A DNA stretch of 64,000 nt from contig CM022676.1 of the NCBI GenBank assembly GCA_012295275.1, positions 9,238,001 to 9,302,000 of the forward strand, read 5' to 3'. The DNA is from Chrysomallon squamiferum. Taxonomy: Eukaryota > Animalia > Mollusca. Of the stretch, positions 44,612 through 58,885 are shown one piece after another (positions within the stretch are counted from its first letter, which is position 1; each line of letters begins with the position of its first letter). Below the pieces are notes generated by a model that did no database searches, had not been told where the DNA came from, and was given only the letters and a program-made list of their open reading frames with translations. Both the position numbers and the translations under genes were made by a program.

Positions 44612-47600
44612 TCCCACGAATTTTCACAATCTCCCTTCCATGAAATAAAAACAAAGAACACAAAATTTCGAATTTGTATATTTTGTTTTATTTTATTTAT
44701 GTATGAAACATGGTCGTTTGATGAATTTTATGTACAATGGCTGTACAAACACAATGCAACTCTGTTGCTAGATCTGTAACAAATCATTAACAAAGCAGTA
44801 ACAAACTATTCATGTTCTACTTAACCTCTTTCATTTCTGTATAACTTAAAACATTTTAAACGCCAGACGGGTGTAAACTCTACAATTTTCTATCACAAAC
44901 AAGAATATCATAATTAAATTGGTATTTAAATTCTAGCACTGATTTTAACATATTTGTTGAAATACACACAAGAATTAATTCGCTATTAATTATAAAAATA
45001 AACGGTCAAACGAGAAAGCGAAACCAGTGCTCTACCTTGAAGGGCAGATGTACCAAAGAAAAAATACAATGGCAAAATATCGTTTTACTTTTATTATTTA
45101 AATTTTATCCTGCAGAAGAATCATATATTTCTAGCCATTGCTTATTGTTCATTTTGTAAATATACTGTGACAGAAAAAGTTATATTTAATCTTGAAAACG
45201 TTCTGTAAATTATCTGACGATTTTAAATGTTTGAAGTCAAACAAATGTCAAGGTTACCAGAACACGACAAAATACACCATACATCTCGACAGACATCCGT
45301 AATTAAAAAAAAAAAAAAAAAAAAAAAAATGTGGATTTGTTAAAAAACAAAATCGAATGTGGTAAAAATTATGACAGTGTTAAATAAAACATAGCACATT
45401 TGGTAATGATATGCATAGGGGACGATCCTTAAGGCAAATTACTTAAATAATTTTAAAAATAATAATGTATATAAAATCATCTAGGCCTGCTAGAAACAAA
45501 AATTTAATTGTTAAAGATAAATTTTCCAAAATTGTGATAAAGGTAAGATTTTCTGTATTAAAAAATGTTCTTCATTTTCATTTCATTTTCTTATTTTTTT
45601 TAAAAAAAATTAAAATTTATTTATTTATCAAATAGTTGGGTTTTTTTTTTCCTTCTATTTATTTATTTATTTGTTTGTTTGTTTATGTTTATCTATAGAG
45701 GTAAGGTTTATTTATCTATAGACAAATTCCAGTATATAATTATTGCTTGCATATACAGTCAAGATACAGGACGGTTTTATTCTGATATGTTTGATAAACA
45801 TGAAGAAAATGTTTTTATTTTATTTAATAAAAATATTGACAAATGAATATTTTTGTACATCTAAACTGTTTTTAAAAAGTATCAAATCTGTAAGTACATA
45901 AAATTATTAATATGTACCTTTAACACTTTTCAACTTTGTAAAAATTAAAAATGAATGATTACATCATTAACCAAAATTTTGTATGTATAGAAATATTGTG
46001 AAAATTAAAAAAAATAATAATAACAATAACACTCAGATTATAATATTATATGAAATATTTTGCAATATTTAATATTTAGCAAAATACAAATTTTATTTTT
46101 TTTTTTTAATTTTAGTATCTTTAAATTATTTCATTCTAATCTCGTTTTCCCCACCTTTTTTTTTCTTTTTCGTGTTCTTTGAAATAGTTTTTCTTTTAGG
46201 CAGTAACAAAATGGTAAAAAATCATTTTCATTTTGAAATCAATAAAAGATAAGAAATATTAAGTAAAACAGTAATAATAATAATAATAATAAAACAGTAA
46301 TAATATTTAAAAAAAAAAAAAAAAAAAAAAAAGCTTTATTCTGGAAAAATATCGGATGCAGTTTTACTATGTGAACATTACATTTGAAAGTTGTAACCAG
46401 AAAACATTATATGTGACAGCTATTAATATAGTAAGCATTAAAACATACCTAACACACTACAACAAGATATAGCTGCTGACTTTGAAGTTGTTTTGGATTT
46501 AAGAAAACACTACTCATGGGATTTTTATAATTGCTAAGTTAAGATTTTCTTTTTATCATATCACTCGTAACTTTTGTGTTCTTACATTTGAAATGTGTAA
46601 TTTATAGACTCCTGAATCCAATATTTGATGGTTGGAACAGTAAATTGGTTATATTATGAGAACAAAAAAACTAATAAAGATTCTTATCTGAATTGAGAAA
46701 ATATGCTACTAAAAATAAACCTCTGATAAGGTATTTCGATTGGAAATATATATAGTTAAAAAAAATTAAAACAAAAATGTTTTTGTTTGATAAACGAACA
46801 GAATATAATATCTATTGGGAAAAGTAAAATAAAAAAACTTCTGAATAAAACAAATTTATTCTAATCTTACTGATTCTTCAACAGTTAAAAAAAAAATTAA
46901 AAGATACAATTTAAAAAAGGAATTTTTTTTACAAAAGAACAGTTCTTAGCAATATATAATATATTGAAATCAATTGGGACATCTCAGAAATGTTAAACTG
47001 TTTTCAATAAAATATTATTATCTGTTTTGAAGAAGCAGCTCTCTTTCTTGAATTAATTTCCCTGTTTGGTTTATAGTACTTCACAATTTTCATTTTGTAA
47101 AAATATTATACTGTGCAAAAACAAATTATGGAAATTTCTCCATCAAGCCTTGTAAACACTTGGTTCATGTGTATTTAAAATACATTTTTTTAAAATGTAT
47201 TCTTTTATATTCATATATTTATTCAGTTCAGACTTCATTTTAAAATATAAATAGTTAAGAATTATGTATTTTAAAAAAAATCTTTTACCGATAGAATTGA
47301 TTTTTTTTTTTAGAAGAATGAAGTACAGATTAATTGATAAAAAAAAAGTGTATTTAAAAAATAAATAAATAAATAAAAATTATATGAATAATGTTTTTTT
47401 TTTTTTTAATTAAGTCAGCGTTAATGTTTTCAATATATTCATGCACATTATAATCAGAATTTAATGTACAACAGTTTTGAAAATTACTGTAACACTTCTA
47501 ACATGCACAAAGAAAACATACTCACTTTAAAATTACAAACATCTTTTAGTCATCGGTGGTATTTTTTTTTTTAAATAAACATTAAAAATGCTAATCCGTT

Positions 47601-48139
47601 TGATTTGACCAATAGAAAAGCACCAATCTCTGGACATTGTTTTTTTTTATTGTAGTAGAAAATAACATAGCTGATAAAAAATATACTTCTTCTTCTTCTT
47701 GAAATATTGTTAAAAAAAAAAAAAATAAAAAAAAAAAAAAAAAATTGATAAATTTTTTTTAAAAAACTGACAGCCCAAGCTTACAGGCTTTGTGCTGCCT
47801 ATTGTTTACAGGTCAAGGTCACAAAGAATAATAATACTGGCCAATCACAGTGCAGTGTTTTATTTGGTGCTGGATTTGTGCATCACCACACAACAGCACA
47901 GAGACACTTCACAATAAAGAGGAGATAACTCTAAAGCCATGCCCTTTTCTCTCTTCACATTTTTACATCACTTGAGACACAAAACAACATCCAGAACACA
48001 GAGAAACGACCTTCAGTCAAGGTCAAAACTGGAAGCACAGAAAAATGGCCGACTTATGAGCCGGTGTTCATGAAGTCATAAAATTATCAAAGCAGGTTCG
48101 CAAAATGTCTGTGAAATCTTATCTTCATGGCAGTACCAC

Positions 48140-48540
48140 CTCTAAGGGAAATAATTCCTGAACAATCTGAAATTTTCTCCACAAAGTTGAATAAACTCCT
48201 GGATTGTCTAAGACAATTTCTATTGATCACTGATTGAGACATGGAACAGAAATCAGTTACCAGTGGCTGAAATTATCTCCACTAAGGGAAATAACTCTTC
48301 TATAGTCTGAAATTATTTTCCAAAAGGAAATCATTCTTGTAGTGGCTGAAATTATTTCCACTAAGGGAAATAACTCTTCTGGTGGCCATAATTATTTCCA
48401 CTAAGGGAAATAATTCTTGTAGTGGCTGAAATTCTCTGCACTAAGGGAAATAACTCTTGTAGTGGCTGAAATTCTCTGCACTAGGGGAAATAACTCTTGT
48501 AGTAGCTTAAATTGTCTCCACTGAGGGAAATATTTTCTGA
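48140..48540. repeat. 40-bp minisatellite (CTAAGGGAAATAACTCTTGTAGTGGCTGAAATTATTTCCA)
   Basis: About 7 contiguous copies from about 48262, plus a diverged copy at about 48142. Confidence 0.9.
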
Positions 48541-49078
48541 ATCTTCTGAAAATGTTTCTGACAAAAGTTTCCAAACTCTTGAGAAACTTCTGTTCAGTCT
48601 GTGTAGAATTTGTTACATGTTTTTTGTATTAAAGCCTATATTTTGATCATTATTTTTTTGTCTTGACTAAATCGTTAAATCCATTCATTTAAAATGTTTT
48701 TAGTCAAAAACTGTCTAGTCAACATCAAGTGGTAATGTTACAATGGATGGAATTTTAGCACCACCATCAACAACAACATCATTATTCTTTTGATCAAGTC
48801 AGTATTTACACATCTTTTTCCTCACATCTGTTGACTACGACAAAAAAAAAAAGCAACCCATATCAGACTTGGCCTGGAGGGAAAAAATGTGAGCATTTTC
48901 GCATTGAAATACCTGCCTGTTACTTTTCTTTACAGACATTTTGCCAATGTTTTTAATCTCACTAATCCATTCTGATCTCACTAAACAGGATTTCTCACAA
49001 AGAGCCAGGCCGAGAGGGTTAAAAAATACAAAAAAAGAAGACGAAGTAAGAGTCCACGACACGACACAACGACACGAA

Positions 49079-51368
49079 TCAGACGACAACTTCGTATATA
49101 ACCTTTTTTGGTTTGTTGGGTTCACTCGTCATTTCGTGGCTGTTGTTGATGTTTGGCTCCTTCTTCTCGTCCAAGTCGAGGTATTTGTCTTTTGATGGGC
49201 TGCGTGGAGTCCCGTGGAAATGGAGATCTGTGAAAAAAAAAAAAAAAATGTAATAAAATGTCATGCTGAAATACTTATTATATTCAACGACTTTTATGAA
49301 CGAAATAATGTTTGATGACGTCTAGGCAAAAACTGGAAAGGTTATTTTTTTTTACTCCTTGTCACTTGAAATAAAGATCTGTACTAGTTGTGTTAATGAA
49401 TTAGTGATTAAAAAACAGAACAGTGAATGAATGAATGAATGAATAAATAATAACATTAATAATCTATGGTATTCTATAAATATATATATAAATAATAATG
49501 TATTTATTTTCATTTATTTTGTAGATGCTTATCTTTAATAACAATAAAGTATGATGATAATATTATAGTAAGCAGTCTAACATATACTCAGACCTATCTT
49601 GATGATAATGATAAACATACTTTGAATGATAGATGGATAACTTTCTTTATTCACTGCTTATCGTTTGTTAGAAAAGACAATAATATATATATATGTATAT
49701 ATATTACAATAGAAAAATTGCAGAATATAATAATTATTGTCTTTTCTAACAAACGATAACCAGTGAATAACATTATCATCAAGATAGGTCTCAATATATG
49801 CTAGACGGCTTACTATAATATTATCATCATACTTTATTGATATTAAAGATAAGCATCTATAAAATAAATGAAAATGTATCAACGCTTCTTATTTGTAAAC
49901 CACAAAAACGACAGTGTTGTTATACTTTATTATTATTAAAGGTTTGAAACCATAAACCAACTTACCTCCCTGTCTTTCTGGTCTGTACCCGTCTCCTTTA
50001 CTGACACCTAAAACATCAAATGATAAAAAAAAAATGTTGTTATTACACCAAGTATGTTATCTAGAGGAATTCCAATGATAGGCTGCCAGCTTAACAATAT
50101 ACTGGATATTTATAATATGTTTATGAGTGTATGTAAATATGTATGAAGGCATCTGTGTGCAAGTGTGAGTGTATATATGCATGTGTATGTATGTATACAT
50201 GTTAGTGCATGTATGCATAGATGTGAATGGTTGTATATATATATGCAATTATATGATATCCGTTATATTGGCCTGAGAGAGAGAGTGTGTGTGTATAGGT
50301 ATGTAGGTATGTATCTAGGTGTATATAGATAAATTGTGTTGTGTGTATGTAGATTGATATATAGGTTAGATAGGTAGACATACAGAGAGATTATAGACAC
50401 ACAAACATACACATGAATGCACTGTGTGTATCTGTGATTCCTTGAGTTTATTGTGTCTTTTTTAAACATCTTTTTATAGACAATTGTGTTTTTATTGCTA
50501 AATCATACCCTATTTTTTTTTATTATTATTAATCAGAAATTAAATAACAAATATTCATCATAAGTATTTAATTTGTTAAATAAGTCTTATTTTTAGAAGT
50601 TTAACATTTATCTTGATTGATGCATTCCTGATTTTTTTTTTTTAATTATATTTTTAAAAAATACAATCTACCATTCTCTAAAAATAGCCTTCATGCAAAA
50701 AATGTGCAAATCAAAACAGCATGAAATTACCATGAACAACAGTAATGCAAGGAAACGTAACTCTAAATAAACAACAACAAAACCATTCAGATATATTTCT
50801 AAACAGCAAACTGAAAATTTCAACCATCTTGATACATGGTAACTCATAACTGTCTAAATATATTTCACACAAACAGTTTTATTTACACCAGACTAACAAA
50901 TTTATTTCCTTTCACTACCTTTTCCATTTATTTTCAAAACTAAATATTTCTAAATTCGTTGGATAAATAAAAAAACTATTTCAATAACAGTTACCTCCCT
51001 TGATAGGTAACAGCATGGTGAAGTGACATTTTTTTATTTTTAAAATTATTTTTGTATATTTTTATTTTTAGAAATGATTTTTTTTTTAAAGACGTTTTTT
51101 TTTCTCAACATACTTTCATTTCGCCTGTTCATTTCGTTTTCGTACATTCGCTTTTCTAATTGTGAGTCATATGACGTGTCATGTGGTACGTGTCCGTTTG
51201 GCTGTATGTGTCGACCTCGAGGAGTGTAGACTGGTTGGTTCAAATCCAGCGGACCATCTGATGTTGAAAAACAAACACGTTTTTTTTAAAAATTATGATT
51301 AGTTGTGTGGAAAATAGTCCAAGACATAGGAGGATTAAAGTCACTGGTTGGAAGGATTTTTAAAAAGG

Positions 51369-51402
<34 letters not shown>

Positions 51403-52135
51403 AGAAGAAGGGTTATTATTGTATGATTATAGAGTTAATAAAAGTCCCTGAAAAGCCAAAATGAAAAAAAATAATAATAAAATATATATATATATATATA
51501 TAAACAAAAGAAAAAGAAGCCAAAATCAGGTAAAAAGTAAAGGTAACAATACAAAAAAAAAAAAAAAAAAAATATGTGGTTATACTAAGTAAGGAAAAAA
51601 GAAGCAAAAAAGGTAAATTAAAGGTGGGCAATCCAGGTAAATAAACATAATATATATAGATACATAAAGTTAAAAAACATAGGAAAACAAAGGTAAGAAA
51701 CAGGTAAACAGGTAAATAGATTAGTAGTTTGGGTAAATGGATTGTTATCCAAAAAAATCAAATATCTTTGATAATGATAAGAAATAAAAAAATTAAACGT
51801 AAAAATCATTAATTTTTTTTCACTAAAGCATAGTTAACAATAATAACAATAATAATAATAATAAAAATAATATTTATGTTTATATCAAAACTACAAGCAT
51901 AAGAAACATTATCCAATCAGAGAACAGAAAAGATATATTTAAATGAATCCGCAACCAATCATAAATCAGATAACAAAATCATGCAACATTGTCATGCAAA
52001 ATGTTTGTGTAATTTTGTCAGTGAATTTTAAGTTTGAAAAACAAATTCTAGGAAAATTATTTCTAGAAATTTTTAATGATATACAACAGTGGCTCTTGAA
52101 AATATTAATTTGTTAAAATAGAATTTAGATGTAAA

Positions 52136-52223
<88 letters not shown>

Positions 52224-52510
52224 CCACACACACACACACACAAAATACATTTTCATGCTGCCTAAAGTTATTAAAGATAACTACTATAATGAAACTACTC
52301 TGACATGCAGTACTAAAGTATAGTAAAATGCAGTTGAAATTCCACAAATCAGAAACTATTTAACTTTTATAAATTTCATGTAAAAACTAAATTTTTTTTT
52401 ATAAATAACATCAATTTAAAATAATTTGGACAATAATATATTATTATTATTATCATTATCATTATACTTATACTTATTATTATTATTATCATCATTATTA
52501 TTATTATTAC

Positions 52511-52546
<36 letters not shown>

Positions 52547-55500
52547 TATTACTATTATTATTATTCTGTCTAGGATATCCAACTCCTCTTATCATAACAA
52601 AACATAATATTGATGTAATTCTCTGACAGAAACAAAGAATTCACATGGATTTTCTGAATGTTATTTTCTTTATCAAAATAATATCTATTCATTAGTAAGA
52701 AAAGTTCCTCGTTATCAAGACTATAGTTACTTTTAATCAAGACTAAACTATTTTTATCAAGACTGTTAGCATTAATGTAGTCAAATAGATAACAACATCT
52801 CAGGTTATAGAGACTAAAGTTTTCTTAATAAAGGAATAACACTAAAATTACTGGAACAAAATGCAAACTACATTTTTAACATTCTAAAAAAAAAAAACAG
52901 AAGATAAAATTTGAAAAAATGCGTTTCAACTACACACAATTTTTAAAACTTTAAAATAGTTATGTCATTCAATTAAAAACATGCAAAGAAAATGAAAAAC
53001 CATAATTTGAACAAAAAAAAAAGATTAAAAATTGTTTTCATATATATGTGTCTGAATGAATGATATGCAAGAAAAGTAAGAAAAATATAGAAAAAATTTA
53101 ACAGTGAGTGAAAGAGAAAGATAATTAAAAAAGGACTGGAAAAGAAAGGAAAGTTGGAATGTTATAAAAAGAAAAATGTTTATGTGTACGTATGTTTGTA
53201 TGTTTGTGTGTTCATGTGAAAGAAAGACACAGGAAAATGAGAGAGACGGAAAAAAATGAACTGAATGTAAAATAAAAATAGAGACAGAGAGAGACAATAA
53301 AGTTCTTAGAAGTTATATGAAATGCACAGAGTTTTTGTTTAGTTGCTTTGTTTTCATTATGTTCAGTAATAATTATGGTTTTTCAAGAGTACACCCCTTT
53401 ATTTGTTTCATTTTTTTTTATTTTGTAAAATACAAATGTCTCGCATTAAAATTATTATAAGCACAAATTTTACTGTTTTTACATTTAACAACAGTTAAGT
53501 TAACTTAAAAGATTTCAAATAAACTCCATTTGAAATTTCATCGAATTACATTTTACAGTTTAAAAACAAATTATTATTATTATTATGATTATTATTATTA
53601 TTATCATTATTTTTATTATTATTATCATCATTATTATTATTATCATTATCATTACTATTTCAGATATCATAAAATTTCATAAAATCTTTCGGAAGATTCC
53701 ATTTTGAAACACAAAGGGGTGTCGGGTTAGCAAAAACTAAACATGCATACTCACAGCCACTAGAGTTATTGTTAGAGTGGTGGTGACTGGTGGTGAAAAT
53801 AGCACCACCATCGGGCACATCCAGATCTACTTCGTCAACCTGTGTCATACCTGCGTTATCAAACGTCTGAGTCTGCTTCTGAGCCGGGGCGGAACCATTC
53901 ACAGCTGGCGGTCGTTGTCTGTTGGTGAATGAATGAATAAGTAAATAAATAAGTAAATATAGACAGAAAGAAAGAATGAAAGAACAAAAGGTAAGACTGA
54001 AGGAGCGAAAGAAAGAACGAAAAGGAAAAAATATTAAAATATGTTAATAGACATAAATAATTAAATAAGAAAGAACGAAAAACAAAAAATATTAAAATAT
54101 ATTAATAGACATAAATAAATATAGAAATATAGACAGAAAGAATAAAAGAAGAAAGAAAGAATGAAAGGAAGAATAAAAAAACCAAATATTCAAATATATT
54201 AATGGATATAAATAAATAAATAAGTAAATATTAATAAATGAATAAGAAAAATTAATATAAAGAAATAAGGAAAAATATTTGAAAATTTAAATAAAGAGAG
54301 AAATAAACAGTATATTTATTTAAATGCATAAATAAATATGTGATGTTTGAATATTTAAATATATAAGTAAATAAATAGTAGATTTAAATACATAAATGAT
54401 GTATTCAATTTTTCAAATATTTGAGTAAATAAATAATATATGTAAACAGATAAATAAAGAAAGGATTTATTTGAATATTTAAATATATTAGCAAATAAAT
54501 AATATATTCATAATATTTATTCTTGAAACACACAATACACACAGATACACATAAATTCAAAAGAAGTTATTGATTTATTTATCAGCTTCTTGTAAGTATC
54601 AGTGTATGTACTAAACACACACACACACACACACACACACTATTTTTAATTTATTTTATTTAAAACTCTAAAAACTTACACTGTAGCTTCCGATTCATAA
54701 TCTTTTCCTGAAAAACAAAAATCAAAATGGTTAAAATAAACCTTGAAAATGGTTTTTATACTTGTAAAAAGCAACACAACATAGAAACAGAGCCAAATAT
54801 CTATGCATTAACAGTATACTGTAACTTGATAAATACTACTTTCTATTTCACAACATTCAACTGCAAAAATAGTCCTGAAATGTCAGACTAAATATTAGTA
54901 AAATTTAATATAATCTATAAAACTTCTTTTGATTATGTTCATTACTTCATTACAAAGAATTTTTCTAATGAAAAAGAGAAGAGAAGATTAAAGTATTAAT
55001 AATTAAAGTAATAACATACAAATAATAGTGGCATAAACAATGGAAAATAATAATAAAAGTAAAAACGATCATCAAAAACAGCAAAAATACTAATCTTACC
55101 TGATGAATCATTCATTACTGATGTTATAAAAAATCACACAATTTTAAAAAAATAAATCACCCACAATTTTAAAAACACCACTTTTAAAAAAAAAAATTAG
55201 AAATAATTAACTTTAAAATTGTCCTTTAAAATACTGTGAGACAAAAAAAAAAAAAAAAAAATTAAAAAATTCGCACAGTCTTAAATATTAACACAGGAAA
55301 GCAGAAACAAAAAGACTGGGTTTTTAAAACTTTTTTAAGACTGAAAAATATGTTTAGTTTAATGTCAATTCATTCACAGTTTTATATCTATAGATACAAA
55401 GGCTTGTACAAACTTGGATAATATTTTCTAAATGACATATCACAATTCTTTAGCATGTAAATCCAGATATGTTTAAGTTCCCACAGTTGAGCATTTACAC

Positions 55501-57336
55501 ATCAAATATGTAAACAGTGCTGAACATTTTTATTTCTTGTTTCCGATGGCAACATTAAATCCTGCAGTTTAATCCATGGAATAATAATAAAAAAATTTGT
55601 TGAAGACAAATTCTAAAATATTTAAACTGATTAAAAATTTAAATATTTATATAATAAAAAAAACATGAACAAAATGTTTTAAAATATTTAAAACATTCTT
55701 TTTTTGTTGTTGTTGTTTTTAATATAATTAAAAAAAATTGTCAAATAGTGAAAAAAAAAAAAAAATGAAAAATGTAGAAATGAACTCAAAATTATTGACA
55801 AATTTAATAATAACAAATAGATTTAGATAAGATAAAATTTAGGCAAAAATTAGAAAGTATCTGAAAACAAATAATGAAATTTTTCCTGCAGTAAATTAGG
55901 ATTTATTCCATTTTTGATGAAAGAATTACTATTTAATGTCAAATGGATATAACCGACACTTTTTCAAAGAAAATATTATTTTAAAAGATAAATAATAAGT
56001 TTTCTAAAACATATTCTCTATAAAATACAAATAAATATATCTATGAACAGCTCAGAAAGAAGAGTGAAAAAACAAAAAAACTGCACAGATTTCAACACCA
56101 GAATTTAACTTCTTGAAGAAGTTATCATTTAAAAACAAAATATAGTAATATAATTATTAAAATATATATTTTTAGAAAATTTAAATGAATGTCTCCATAA
56201 ACAATAAACAATGAAGACAGCTAAAAAAAAAAAAAAATCTGCACAGTATTTCAGACACATCTAAATAACATGAAGTTACCCACAGCTCTGCTTTCAAAAC
56301 AGTCGCAATTCAGTATTTATCACCAACTTAACAAAAACTCGTTCAAACTGAAGCCATGAATTATTTCTTCTTCAAATATAATTTTATTCACAGAGACAAT
56401 GGATGCTGTCATGGAAACCGTTTGTTCAGGGTCTTAGCAACCCAACAAAACAATAAGCTATTCTTTGTTCGTTTTGTTAACGCCATATTTCTGGCTTTCA
56501 AACAACACAAAGCCTTTTTTGTGGGATGTCACATCAAAGGGAGGTAATCCAAGGGGTTTTTCAATAAAAAAGGTAAAAAAAAATAATATATATATCCAAG
56601 CCAAATGTATTCATTCTGGCAACAGTTGTCTGCCAGTTAAAAAAAAAAAAAAAAAAAACTTCAAATGAAAAACAAAATAAATAAAAGACAAATGAAAAAG
56701 ACTGGGCAAAAATAGAACAAAAGATCCAAGTGAAATTTCTTTTTGTCTGTTTTCCTTTTTTAGAAATATTCTTGAAGTTGTGTTTAAATAGAGATTTGTA
56801 TTTACATAATGCATATTTTTTTTTTTTTATTTTTTTTTTTTTTTTTGGTTTAGAGCATAATAAACCATTTCTTTTTTTTCTTCTTTAATTTTATATAGAA
56901 AAATTTGGAGAGAAAGAAAATGAAATGCATTAATCAATTCTTTCTAACATGAGGTAGAGTTATTTTAGAAGACACTGGAATAAGCCTACTTGAACTTAGT
57001 AAAAATAAAATGAACTACAAAAATAACAACAAAAGAAAAGTAATATATATACATATATATATATACACACACACATAAAAAGCACACACACAAAAAAAAA
57101 ATATAAAAAAAAAATTTTTTTTTTTTTTTTTAATAATAATAATAAAAAAAAAATAAAGTTAAAAGTTAAGGACTAATTTTTGTATCAAAAATTAAATAGA
57201 GTTATCTAACCTGTGTTGCGCCTCCTACGACAGATGAAACAGACGAGGACGATGAGCAATGAGACGATGATGACAGCGCAGATTGAAGCGATGATGATGA
57301 CGTCTCTCTCTGTGAGTCCTGGCGTGCTGGGATTTG
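49079..57336 (-). CDS. Single-pass type I membrane protein, TM plus cytoplasmic tail; tentatively Echinoid/IgSF adhesion-like; 5' exons outside the window
   Basis: Phase-consistent exons on -: 57336..57211 (TM VIIIASICAVIIVSLLIVLVCFIC + RRRR stop-transfer), 54707..54680 (GKDYESEATV), 53918..53755, 51257..51114, 50007..49966, 49227..49079 (...PKKVIYEVVV*). The gene structure is well supported. The family guess rests only on similarity to the Echinoid C-terminus (RVIREIIV). Confidence 0.8.
49506..49875. mobile_element. Foldback/MITE-like element: ~105-bp inverted arms around a ~160-bp spacer
   Basis: 49506..49610 versus the reverse complement of 49771..49875 shows about 6 mismatches. Confidence 0.85.
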
Positions 57337-57479
57337 CTGCAAAAAGGAAAGAAGAATGAATGAATGAATGAAAGAAAACAAATGATTGAACAAACATTTC
57401 TAATAACCTAAAAAGAATGACAGCCATCTAAAATTCAAATCTTAAATTATTATTATTATTATTTTTTTTTTAAAGTCAT

Positions 57480-57670
57480 TTGGATCATATACTGACAGAT
57501 GTTATGATCCACGAGTGTCAGAATGATCCAATACATTTTCTGACATTCAACTGTATTGCAATTAAAGAAACAAAAAAAAAGACAAAATTCACTTGGATCA
57601 TATTCTGACAGATGTTATGATCCACCAGTGTCAGAATGATCCAATACATGTTTCTGACGTTTAACTGTAT
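57480..57670. repeat. Direct duplication (period 113 bp) of a ~52-bp hairpin unit
   Basis: TTGGATCATA[T]CTGACA...TGTCAGAATGATCCAA at 57480-57531 and 57593-57644. Confidence 0.85.
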
Positions 57671-58699
57671 CGATGAATAATTCTGTTACTTTTAATTTTG
57701 TAAACAATTTAATAACTTCAATATGTTCATCACCAGATCTGTGTTGTCTGTGTAAGTTCATGGTTATTTTAAACACTATGATTATTCCTGTACATTATCA
57801 AATTGTTTAAAAAGACTGGGCAAGCACATATTTTTTTTTTTTTTTTTTTTAATTTATTTGCAGGAAGTAACTGCACAATACACACACATACACTCACACA
57901 CACATACATATAGGTAGTCTAGAAATATTCTAAAAGCAACCATAAGATTATATATATATATAAACAATACATACACAAATTTATTTGTATAAATGTACAA
58001 GAATGTGTTTTTAACCTGTGCATATGTTTGTATGTATGTATGTATGTATGTATGTATGTATGTATGTATGTATGTATATATTCATCTGTGTCTAATTTTT
58101 TTATAGTGTAGGAATACAAATAATTTAAATCAAAGTTAGATACGTAGAAACACACACACACACAAACACACATGAGTGTGCACACATACACAGACACACA
58201 AACACACGAGGGTGCACACATACACAGACATACACAGACACACACACACACACACACACAACATAAAATACAAATATCTAAACACACACACAAATATCTA
58301 AAATTATAAAATAATATTTAACAAAACTGCCTGAAGCAAGTCCAGAATTATATTTGACAAAACTGCCTTAAGCAAGTCTGCTACACACGAAATCAGTGTA
58401 CTGTAACACTCAGGTAGCAAAACGAGGGTATAAAAGTCAGGTGAGAATGAAGCTCGTTTCATAAATCAATAGTAAATATGCTGTTATTAGTGACTAGCCA
58501 GGCAAGACCACTGGTCATTTTAGCTTGACCATAACACTGGTCAAGTTACACCTTATCTCGTTAGCCAACAATAGGTGTTAGCGAGTATCCCAGGTGACAG
58601 ATAAATATCTGTTTGTGTTTGCTGTGGAGGCAGGTATGCTTAGAAATCTGTAATCAGTGAGAATGGCACAAATGTATTTTTATTAATAAGTGAAATTTC

Positions 58700-58885
58700 A
58701 TTAATTTAATGGAAATTTTGATTAATTTTTTATGTTATTAAAAATACTGTTCATTTTTTTTATGGAATTTTGATTAAATTTTTATGTTATCAAAAATACT
58801 GTCTATTTTTTAAATGAAATTTTGATTAAATTTTTATGTTAGCAAAAATACTGTTCATTTTTTTTTAATGAAATTTTGATTAAAT
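58700..58885. repeat. ~52-55 bp AT-rich tandem repeat
   Basis: GAAATTTTGATTAAATTTTTATGTTA.CAAAAATACTGT occurs three times plus a partial copy. Confidence 0.8.
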
